The notes below the pieces were generated by a model that was not told the DNA's origin, ran no database searches, and was given only the letters and a program-made list of their open reading frames with translations. The position numbers and the translations under genes were made by a program. Source: a virus (lineage: Duplodnaviria > Caudoviricetes). Taken from it: a stretch of 64,000 nucleotides of DNA. The stretch covers positions 1 through 64,000 of the IMG/VR virus record IMGVR_UViG_3300028048_000086, one strand, 5' to 3'. Positions within the stretch are counted from its first letter, which is position 1. Every line of letters starts with the position of its first letter. Shown here one piece after another: positions 56,307 to 64,000 of this stretch.

Positions 56307-56966
56307 TTACGTATCGGACGCAGCTTTCGCATCCAGAGTTTTCATGTCGTTAGCTACGAATTGATACATTTCTGTTGTCGGCGTCGGATCGGAGACGCTG
56401 GCACCGTTCGTACATGATAAGATGTGAACACCTTCTAAGATAACATGAACTTCACGATTTCCTCTCTCAGGATGCCCGTAAATCACATCGATATCGAAGG
56501 TTTGCGGCCAAAGATATCCATGATTATCTTGAGAAACTGAGCCTTTTACCTTTGCATCCCCAGCGCCATGAACTTCTCCTAAAATGCGATCATGTACAGG
56601 GACAACATAATCCTTCATGTTATAAATAGCATTCTGTTTCTCAGCCGAAGCTAGTAGTCTAAATAGATAGTTCGGAGACGTAAAGCGAATAGAGAACTGT
56701 CCGTTGATAATACGACTGCCAATCGCGATTTCGTCGAAGGTATAGCTGTTAAAACCATAGATTGGTAGGCTCCTCTGCTGTACCGTCCATTGAATATCAC
56801 TAACATCCTCTACGTAATAATTTCCGAAATAGATTTCGGCATCAATCGAAGAATAATATCGCTTGATATACTGCTTCGATATTTCTTGCACGCCATTCTC
56901 GGTTTTTACTCGATCATAGCTAGCAACGAATGGAGTATAAACTGGCGTCTGATTCTGATTAGCCAT
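56307..56966 (-). CDS. Tail tube-fold paralogue
   Basis: YYSSIDAEIYFG...IQWTVQQRSLPIYG...GSRIINGQF...FDIDVIYG aligns with the tube motifs FSGCDIVATFG...ITYHVQREKAPVY...GKRGVAGSL...FDITISFA. Confidence 0.65.
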   Translation of the reverse strand: MANQNQTPVYTPFVASYDRVKTENGVQEISKQYIKRYYSSIDAEIYFGNYYVEDVSDIQWTVQQRSLPIYGFNSYTFDEIAIGSRIINGQFSIRFTSPNYLFRLLASAEKQNAIYNMKDYVVPVHDRILGEVHGAGDAKVKGSVSQDNHGYLWPQTFDIDVIYGHPERGNREVHVILEGVHILSCTNGASVSDPTPTTEMYQFVANDMKTLDAKAASDT

Positions 56967-58719
56967 CGTAGATGTTCACCTCCATATCCAGCTGGTCGCG
57001 ATAGCACGATGCATCGCCAATATTATTGAATGCCGCGAAACCTGAACGATGATAGTCATTCAAGCTAATCGCTAGAACAACGCAAAGGGCATCTTGTGCT
57101 ACATTTACCGTTACGGCATGTCTGTAATCATCAGAGCGATAGAATCTCTTCGTCACCGTTCTCGATGATGTGTCGTACTTAATAGCGCATATCTCGTATG
57201 GAACGTCTTGGTCGTAGAACGCGACTTCGCCCTCGGAGTATTTTAGTATCGGCATTTTGTCGAAGAACTGACGAGTATAATTGAACTGTTTCATCCACTG
57301 ATCGTGAATAAAGAAGATTGTGTTGTCGATGTCATTCGACAGTTCTTGGTGCTGAAGAATCTCGAAAATGGCCTTGTCTCGAATATCTTGCATCGTAAGA
57401 TCATAGTCATGAGACAAGTTGGTGATGATATCTGAAACGGTATTGTATAGATTTCCCGCGCCGAATACCCGCTGGAAGCTCTGAAGAAAGCTCTTTGCGT
57501 AAGATAGATTCTCTACCAATTGGCGCTTCTTTCGATAATCGTCGATATCTCCCCGGATATCGAAACGAGCAAATTTCGATATAATCTTGCCATCAGCATC
57601 TTTGATATATAACAAGATTTCGTCATCGATAAAGTCTGAACGAGTATCGATCGTCATAACTCTCTTGTTGATCTTATAGCGGCAATCGTACGTAACGTTC
57701 TCGAAGAGATCTGTCTCGCAAAGCGCCAGATAAAAGTCTTTTCTCGAACTAGCGAAGAAATCATAATCTGGAATCGTAACATGAATCACGCGGTCGTCCA
57801 GATTGTCTCTCTTCACCGTGACACGATCTATGATATAATCTACCGGCTCTTTCTGTGTTTCAATGACGATGCGGGACTTGTCATCCTGTGTCAATTCAAT
57901 ATCCAAGTACGATAGCTCCGTATCATCGATAGAGTTTTCAATTTCAATATCGCGAGAAAGCCCTGAATAGGATTCCCATAGGAATTTGGATCCTTCCTCA
58001 TCCATTTGATAATGGATAAGTTCGAGAGCCATTTCCCCCTGAATGTAGAAATCCAGCAGATAGTATGTGTCTGGCGTCAAGCTCGGATAGAAGTCTTCAT
58101 CAATTCCTCTCGTAGTTACATATACTTTTTCTCCGTCTTCGATTTTGAAGACATTTACGCTCGTAAAACCGGAAAACGGAGTTATGCTGAAACGTGCCGC
58201 ATAATGAATAGAAACATCCGGGCAGTTTCTTTTATTGCATGACATCGATACAATATTTTCGTACTGCTCCGATGCTAGAATCAGTTGATAGAAGCTTTTT
58301 CTTTCGAACTCCTGAATATTTTTCACTTCATGAAAAGCTTTTACCAGTGAGTAAGTATATCCATCATTCGCATCTCGAATTTCGGCGATTACTTTCTTCA
58401 TGTAATCTTCGTCGATAGGGGAGACGATGCGAGAATATATTTTCTCGTAAGTTTCGCTGTCTTTCTCAAGAGAAACATATGCTTCAATTTTTGCGGAACT
58501 GCCTTCTCCTGATGTCATCCAGAAAGAATAGAATCCTGCTCCTTCTGGAAAGCTTCTTATAATTGTTCGGTTCGACGCTACAGCAGCGGCATGAATCTCG
58601 TCATTGCCATTCTTCTGATACATAACAGAATTATATCCGACGTCCCATCCGTCTGTCCGGAAGCATAAGCCTCTTTCTCTCTGCCATAAAAGCGCTAGCG
58701 GCGCGTAAGATCTTCTCAT
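56959..58719 (-). CDS. Hypothetical virion-region protein
   Basis: 586 aa, acidic, overlaps both neighbours; no motif recognised. Confidence 0.55.
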   Translation of the reverse strand: MRRSYAPLALLWQRERGLCFRTDGWDVGYNSVMYQKNGNDEIHAAAVASNRTIIRSFPEGAGFYSFWMTSGEGSSAKIEAYVSLEKDSETYEKIYSRIVSPIDEDYMKKVIAEIRDANDGYTYSLVKAFHEVKNIQEFERKSFYQLILASEQYENIVSMSCNKRNCPDVSIHYAARFSITPFSGFTSVNVFKIEDGEKVYVTTRGIDEDFYPSLTPDTYYLLDFYIQGEMALELIHYQMDEEGSKFLWESYSGLSRDIEIENSIDDTELSYLDIELTQDDKSRIVIETQKEPVDYIIDRVTVKRDNLDDRVIHVTIPDYDFFASSRKDFYLALCETDLFENVTYDCRYKINKRVMTIDTRSDFIDDEILLYIKDADGKIISKFARFDIRGDIDDYRKKRQLVENLSYAKSFLQSFQRVFGAGNLYNTVSDIITNLSHDYDLTMQDIRDKAIFEILQHQELSNDIDNTIFFIHDQWMKQFNYTRQFFDKMPILKYSEGEVAFYDQDVPYEICAIKYDTSSRTVTKRFYRSDDYRHAVTVNVAQDALCVVLAISLNDYHRSGFAAFNNIGDASCYRDQLDMEVNIYDG

Positions 58720-59747
58720 TCTTTCTTTTCACGCTCTCTTTCATCATAGTATTCTCGAGTCTTTGAGAAAGCGTAGTTGTAAGCTGCTCTGATCTTTTCT
58801 TTTCTATGCTCGTATCTATCTTTCTGTATCAGGCCGCTCTTATAATCTTTTTCGTTCTCATTGTCAAACCAAGCTTTTTTATCGCTGAGCTTTTTATTGA
58901 AATCTTCCCGAGTCGAATCCTGTAGTTCTCTTACGTCTAACGGAAAATCGGAAACGTATGGATTCGAGCTATCATACTCTTTAGAAATTCCCGTGATAGA
59001 TAAGTTGTAGTCATCATCGCTTGATTTTACCTCACCACTATCTTTTTTTACTGGGTTATCAATGGGAGTATTATCGTTAACGTTATTGTTTACAGGGATA
59101 TCGTTTATGGATAGCGGGCGATTGACACCAGCGCGATTTCCGTCCGTGACATTCGACAAATAATCTACATCCTTCGCGAAGAACTCAAACGTATTTTCAG
59201 TGTACATGTCCTGCACACTCATAACCTGTCCTTCTGATACAAAAGAAACACCGTAGATTGCCAAGCGAGAGCTACTGCCGTATTCGTTGCTCATTGAAAT
59301 CGTAACATTAATCGGCGGAATCTCGTCTATCAAAACATGAGATTTATTGCTAACAGCATTCAGGTATTCGTCCATCATAGACTGAGCCCAGTGACGATCG
59401 AATACCGTAAAAATCATTTTACCGGCAACCATGCGATTGCTGAAGACATAACTCTTGTAATTCATGTCTCCGAGAACGCGAACTGGCATTTTCTGGTTAT
59501 ACAAGGAATATGATATCGTCTGCATCTCTCCGACGACCTTCGTAATGCTCTTTCCGCTCACCAACGGAAGTTCGAAGATGCAGATCATATCGTTGCCAGA
59601 GTAGCTCGTATAAGTACGAGTATACGCAGAAGCTACTGTTCCACCATATCCTTGAGATTTTGCCGATACTCCGCTCGTGTATGCTTTTTTATTTTCTTGA
59701 GCCGTATAAGCAGGAGAATCCACTTTCGGCTTGTCTACTATATTCAA
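58716..59747 (-). CDS. Tail tube-fold paralogue with charged C-terminal extension
   Basis: YTRTYTSYSGND...VGEMQTISYS...FTVFDR...DEIPPINVTISMSNEYG closely matches the spliced tube protein. Likely TTG start at 59747 after GGAGG (track start 59774). Confidence 0.7.
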   Translation of the reverse strand: MNIVDKPKVDSPAYTAQENKKAYTSGVSAKSQGYGGTVASAYTRTYTSYSGNDMICIFELPLVSGKSITKVVGEMQTISYSLYNQKMPVRVLGDMNYKSYVFSNRMVAGKMIFTVFDRHWAQSMMDEYLNAVSNKSHVLIDEIPPINVTISMSNEYGSSSRLAIYGVSFVSEGQVMSVQDMYTENTFEFFAKDVDYLSNVTDGNRAGVNRPLSINDIPVNNNVNDNTPIDNPVKKDSGEVKSSDDDYNLSITGISKEYDSSNPYVSDFPLDVRELQDSTREDFNKKLSDKKAWFDNENEKDYKSGLIQKDRYEHRKEKIRAAYNYAFSKTREYYDEREREKKE

Positions 59748-59774
59748 TGGAGAATCCCTCCGTTTTATACGCAC

Positions 59775-59814
59775 GAAAAAAGAGAGTGAGTTAATTTTTT
59801 AATTCACTCTCTTT
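59775..59814 (-). terminator. Terminator after the tail tube gene
   Basis: Stem AAAGAGAGTGA(A)TTAA/TTAA(C)TCACTCTCTTT followed by a T-run on the minus strand. Confidence 0.65.
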
Positions 59815-59841
59815 ATTACCGATTGTAGATATAAATATATC

Positions 59842-61936
59842 TTACTGGACGGCGCTCTCGCGCTCGATCGGCTTCATGTACTCGACGCGACGAGCAACGA
59901 ACGTGCAGGCTTTCTCCGAGATGACATTGTCGATAGAAAAACCGCTCTGCTCGTTCAGGATTTCAACAGCGTAAAGAACGATTGAAGCCTTCTGGCCATA
60001 TTCATTCGCGAACGAGATCGTGATATCGAACGGCGGAATTTCATCGGCGTACTTCGGCATAGCGACACTCGAGATATTTTTCGCACGCGTCTCGGCTGCC
60101 TTCTGCATACCAGCATCCGTATTCGTATCGTTAGAACCGACGCCATTATTCGCGATACTCGTCATGTTCTTATCCCATTCATCGATGGAGAGACGAGCAT
60201 ACTCGTTAGCATTTTCGTTATCTCCGCCGATACGATGGAACGACTTTTCTTTTCTGACGTGATCAGCTAGACCAGCGACAAGAGCATCACGGTCGAAAAT
60301 TGTGAACACAAGAGAGCCCGCGACGCCACGTTTGCCACGAGAGAACGAACGAGGCTCTGCACTACCCATAGTATAGCATTTATTGGACTATGCCTTTGGC
60401 AGCTCAAAGAGCTGCGTGTCTCGCATATTAGCAATAAAATCAGAATCTTTTATATGCAGTCGATAATACTTATGTGTTCCTTTATTGTGAAAAACAGGTG
60501 TCGAATTAACATCAAGAAGATGCTGAATTCGTTTACACCACGCAAGTGTTCGATTGCTATCAGCTATTGGCATGATTTCATTTCTTTCATCGAGAACGGT
60601 ATGCGAAACATATAGAAGTTCTTGATCTTGATTGTCAAATGTGTTATTATCGAGAACATATTTTTTATATAGCTCATGCTTTCTGGATAAGCAACAGTCG
60701 TCTATGTCTCCATGATATAGCCACCAAATAATCAATCTTGCGAGATTTCCTTCCCACAGAATTTCCCAGACATTATTTTGTGGTACCCATCTTGGCGCTT
60801 TTGGAGGAAGCATAAGAGTGTCAACAAGCGTATCACATACCCAATCAGTGATCTCTTTCTTCTCGTCTATAAAACCAAATCTTACCGCGTTTCTTGAAGC
60901 ACGATATGAAATGGTGCCATCGCCATCGACACATCCACGAATAAAATCTCGTTCATAGCCTTTTATCGCTTCTACAGGAACTCTTTCTTTGATATCTGAA
61001 AATTCATCGATAATGTCCCTGCGATCGTAAACACGAATTTTGGGTTGTGGAGATTTATACTCGGAATAATCATGAACAACGGCTTTAATTCCGAGAATTG
61101 CTTTTACCTTATGCATCAATTCCCTGTCAGCGTATTTACAGATAAACTGCATATGCGTTTCATCACCTTTTCCTCGATATGAAGGATGTGTAATGGCGCC
61201 ATCTGACAGAAGATAACCTAAAAACCATGCCATTTTGCTATTCAATTTTGATTTCTCCTTTATATCCACCTATAGGGGATTGGAATATTGCTAGGACCTC
61301 TTCAGGTCGAGTCTCTACGGGCTTTGATACTTTATGTATCTTACCCTCGGCGTTGGGTGCTAACCGTTCACCGATTTGAGCGAGATTTTATGCCAGCCTA
61401 CACTTATTAGGCAACCGGCGCTTTTTCCTTTTCTTTTAGATAGTTCGTTAAGCTATCTACTGCATCATATGCAGCTCGAGATTTCAATCTCGATGAGGAG
61501 ACTATTTCTTCACCATGCCGCTTACGCGGTTTAGGGCGACCCATTTCGAAAGCACTTGCTTTCTATGGCTATTTCAAGCCTTAGTCGTTTGACCTTCCTG
61601 TTTCCAGGCTTGGCGACCAAACATCCCTTGTTAGCAGCTTTTAGACTTGCGTCATGAGCTATCTTCATCGTTGTTTCTGGATTTCTCCACCATCAACAAG
61701 GTTTCTATCTATCCTTGTTTGTGGTGATGAAGCTCTTAAGGAGTTACTGGTTTTAAGGTCGTGTCCCTGCACGGTTTCCCGTACAGCGGAGAATAAAATG
61801 CTTTTTATAGCGTTTCTCTTTGAACGTGATAGGTAATAGCTTGCAGCTCTCCGATGACGGTATCACCGAAAGTAGCTACGATGTCGCATCCTGAAAACGA
61901 CGTATAAGTACGCGTGTAGCTAGAAGATATTGACAT
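59842..61936 (-). CDS. Major tail tube protein, split in 3 exons (61936-61817, 61427-61414, 60376-59842; 222 aa spliced)
   Basis: AAGGAGG RBS and ATG at 61936 right after the sheath gene. Joining the exons gives MSISSSYTRTYTSFSGCDIVATFGDTVIGELQAITYHVQR|EKAPV|YTMGSAEPRSFSRGKRG..., 669 nt in frame, with the same register as the paralogue at 58716 across both junctions. Confidence 0.85.
60377..61413 (-). mobile_element. Group I intron 2 (carries homing endonuclease)
   Basis: The 5' exon ends in U and the intron ends in G. IGS GUGUAG-GCUGGC (61403-61392) pairs with exon 2 GCCGGU (U.G at the splice site) and with exon 3 CUAUAC (P10). P3 UCUCGC/GCGAGA, P4 UCGGUG/CGCCGA, P7 GACU/AGUC, P8 GCAGCUC/GAGCUGC. 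Confidence 0.9.
60388..61269 (-). CDS. Intron-encoded double-motif LAGLIDADG homing endonuclease
   Basis: Motifs AWFLGYLLSDG and DFIRGCVDGDG; lies inside intron 2 and looks more AT-rich than the flanks. Alternative TTG start at 61245 after AAGGAG. Confidence 0.85.
   Translation of the reverse strand: MDIKEKSKLNSKMAWFLGYLLSDGAITHPSYRGKGDETHMQFICKYADRELMHKVKAILGIKAVVHDYSEYKSPQPKIRVYDRRDIIDEFSDIKERVPVEAIKGYERDFIRGCVDGDGTISYRASRNAVRFGFIDEKKEITDWVCDTLVDTLMLPPKAPRWVPQNNVWEILWEGNLARLIIWWLYHGDIDDCCLSRKHELYKKYVLDNNTFDNQDQELLYVSHTVLDERNEIMPIADSNRTLAWCKRIQHLLDVNSTPVFHNKGTHKYYRLHIKDSDFIANMRDTQLFELPKA
61428..61816 (-). ncRNA. Group I intron 1 (ORF-less, ~389 nt)
   Basis: P2 CUGUACGG-GAAA-CCGUGCAG; P3 CGACC/GGUCG; R element GGUCAAACGACUA (P7 at 61586-61582); S element AAGAAAUAGUC (to 61500); P7.1, P7.2, P9, P9.1 and P9.2 hairpins; terminal G. 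Boundaries are uncertain by a few nt. Confidence 0.8.
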
Positions 61937-62017
61937 GTTTTCCTCCTTGGTCTGATTATAAATTCAGGCGAGGGCGACGGCCCCCGCCCAAATATACTTT
62001 TCTTATATTTTCTCGAA

Positions 62018-64000
62018 TCAGCTATTCGTCGTAATGGTGTCAACCATCTTGATCGAGTTGCTGACCTCGCGAATTTCATAGATCGGGATGATCTGATAGT
62101 CGATCTCGATACGGTTGAACTTCATGAGGCTCGGATCCGTATTCATCGTGAAGTCGTACTTCTCGATGAGCTTGTTGACGATCTTATCAAGTTCGGACTT
62201 GATCGCCGTATTAAGAGCATTACGGTTCGCCTGATGATTTTCCTTACCGATGAACGGCTCAGCAGCAGCACGAATGAGCTCTTCAACTGCACCGACGATA
62301 CGGCTCGTGGAAAGGCGACGGTAAATCGACTCTGCCGGAGCCATCGTGATACCATCCGTAACGACGATACCCTTCGTGAACGAGTTCTTGAAGGTGACTG
62401 CACCGTAAGACGTGAGGCGACCAAGCTGAGTATTCGTCAGCGTGTAGCTCGGCGTCGGAATAGAAATCGTCTGGCCCGTGGAGCTCTGATCAAGCGGAAG
62501 CGTTGAAACCATCGCGGCATAACCAGCGGCACCGTTGGAGATGTACTGATAGTTCGTGCTGCCAACCGTGATCGGATACTGACCGAAGACAAGAGAAACG
62601 TTCTTGCCAATCGGATACGGCATCGAGTTTGAATCCAGCATGTTGTGGCCGACGCTCGTCTTCGCGTAGAGATCAAAATCACGATCAACGATCGAAGAAA
62701 CCTTCTTCGCGACAGAAGCGAGGCCGAGATTCGAAAGCGTTTTAACACCGATCACACCATGCGTCGGAGCCGTTTTGATTTCCGTATACGTGCAGTGCTG
62801 TGCAAGCTGACGAACAAAGTTGTCGCTCGTACGATACGGAATATAACGAGAGTAATCATACGTGAGCTGACGATCTTCGAGAGAAACAACCTCTGCCGGA
62901 GTTCCCGGGGTCGTCGTGCTCGGACCGCCACCGACACCCGGAACCGTCGTGCCCGGAGTAGCGAATGCCTTCTTCGCGTTCTCAGCTTCCTCGACAAAAT
63001 CATCTTTTTCGAGAGAGCCGTCATCCGTAAGAGACGTGATGAACAGGCGGCTGAAAACTGTATCCGCATTAAGATCTTCTGCGATTTCATCAACCGTAGA
63101 CGTGTCAAAGATGTTCGAACGAACGATGACATGATTGAGAACTCCGCCGAGGTTCGTAGCTGCGACTGTAAGAATATCAGAAGTATCCGTAGCAGACAGC
63201 TTCGAGAACTCGCCCTGCGGAACCATCGAACCGCTTTCTTCTTTATATACGAAAACCATGCTCATGTCATCACCAAGAGCGTACTCCTTGCCAGCAGAAA
63301 GCGTATCGGCAATAAGAGCACCCGTTGCGTCAGCTTTCATGAGCTTAGCATCGCCTGTCGCGTCGATGACGATATATTTCGTTCCATCAGCAACCGTGCC
63401 GGAAACATCATCAATCGACTTATCGCCAACGCGCTTCAGCTTTCCGCCGACACTGATAAGCGTACCGTTATCGTAATCATCGACTTCAGGATCTGACGGG
63501 AGTTCAGCGATGATCTTGCGGATATCATCCGTATCGACCTTATCCATCTTATCAGCGATGGAGTCTGCATCCGTGATCTTCTCGAACTTGATATCAAACT
63601 TGCGAGCAGCCTTCAGATCAGACTGAGCAACGTTTGCTTTGACGCGGATATCGCCGCCAAGGACGATTGCATCATTCGCGGCTGCAACGCGGAACGAATT
63701 TGCTCTCGGAAGTTTGCCGTTGATGCTTTCATCCGCACTAGCGCAGGTAAGAACGCGATACTTTGCATTCGAGTCCTGAATGACCGAATAAATGCCATCC
63801 GTGATAGCAACAACATGATTCGAATCATCAGCTTCAGATTCCTTGATGCGCGGACGGAGCTCTTTGCCTTCGCTATCAACACGGCGAATCGCATGAGCCG
63901 TAATAGCGTAGCCCATGCCGAGACGCTGGTAAATATCGAACGGCGTCATGCTCGTTTCCTCGTAGTCAATGTCGTCCTTCGTGAAGACACGATCCGTGAG
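62018..64000 (-). CDS. Tail sheath protein, partial (start beyond the right edge)
   Basis: C-terminal sheath signature DGITMA...YRRLSTSRIV...AAEPFIGKEN...IDYQIIPIYEIREV; directly upstream of the tube gene; the frame stays open to the window edge. Confidence 0.85.
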   Translation of the reverse strand, partial: LTDRVFTKDDIDYEETSMTPFDIYQRLGMGYAITAHAIRRVDSEGKELRPRIKESEADDSNHVVAITDGIYSVIQDSNAKYRVLTCASADESINGKLPRANSFRVAAANDAIVLGGDIRVKANVAQSDLKAARKFDIKFEKITDADSIADKMDKVDTDDIRKIIAELPSDPEVDDYDNGTLISVGGKLKRVGDKSIDDVSGTVADGTKYIVIDATGDAKLMKADATGALIADTLSAGKEYALGDDMSMVFVYKEESGSMVPQGEFSKLSATDTSDILTVAATNLGGVLNHVIVRSNIFDTSTVDEIAEDLNADTVFSRLFITSLTDDGSLEKDDFVEEAENAKKAFATPGTTVPGVGGGPSTTTPGTPAEVVSLEDRQLTYDYSRYIPYRTSDNFVRQLAQHCTYTEIKTAPTHGVIGVKTLSNLGLASVAKKVSSIVDRDFDLYAKTSVGHNMLDSNSMPYPIGKNVSLVFGQYPITVGSTNYQYISNGAAGYAAMVSTLPLDQSSTGQTISIPTPSYTLTNTQLGRLTSYGAVTFKNSFTKGIVVTDGITMAPAESIYRRLSTSRIVGAVEELIRAAAEPFIGKENHQANRNALNTAIKSELDKIVNKLIEKYDFTMNTDPSLMKFNRIEIDYQIIPIYEIREVSNSIKMVDTITTNS

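Noticed and set aside
59842-60369. 175-aa ORF as a complete gene
   Set aside because: It is exon 3 of the tube gene. Its ATG is the internal Met of YTMG and lacks an RBS.
60388-61269. LAGLIDADG ORF as an intein or free-standing endonuclease
   Set aside because: It has no intein splicing motifs and is not fused in frame to the host gene. It sits inside a group I RNA fold.
1-64000. CRISPR array, tRNA/rRNA genes, diversity-generating retroelement, stop-codon reassignment
   Set aside because: I saw no regularly spaced repeats, cloverleafs, reverse transcriptase or TR/VR pair by eye. Genes are long and tightly packed under the standard code. A tRNAscan/Infernal run would be needed to exclude small RNAs formally.

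Overview
This window is a 64-kb slice of the late (virion morphogenesis) region of a large contractile-tailed phage. Every credible gene lies on the minus strand. In transcription order (right to left) it encodes: tail sheath (runs off the right edge); a tail tube gene split by two tandem group I introns around a 14-nt micro-exon, the second intron carrying a LAGLIDADG homing endonuclease; two more tube-fold paralogues; two paralogous tail assembly chaperones; and three giant proteins (2190, 3006 and ~2830 aa) at the tape-measure/hub position. These are followed by baseplate genes (OB-fold spike, GH73-like muramidase, gp25-like, baseplate J-like, large wedge proteins), a LamG-type tail fibre, a cluster of fibre/decoration genes, a holin-like gene and a fibre-like ORF running off the left edge. 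A captured flagellin segment points to a Selenomonadaceae (Negativicutes) host. The strongest signals are: (1) the 3006-aa protein, which carries an N-terminal DEDDh exonuclease motif set plus beta- and beta'-like motifs (RQP...GDFDSD), suggesting a single-chain two-barrel virion RNA polymerase; (2) a flagellin D1/D2 segment lacking D0, grafted onto an N-terminus shared with other appendage genes; (3) the twin-intron tube gene. All protein assignments come from motifs and synteny read by eye; no database search or structure prediction was run.
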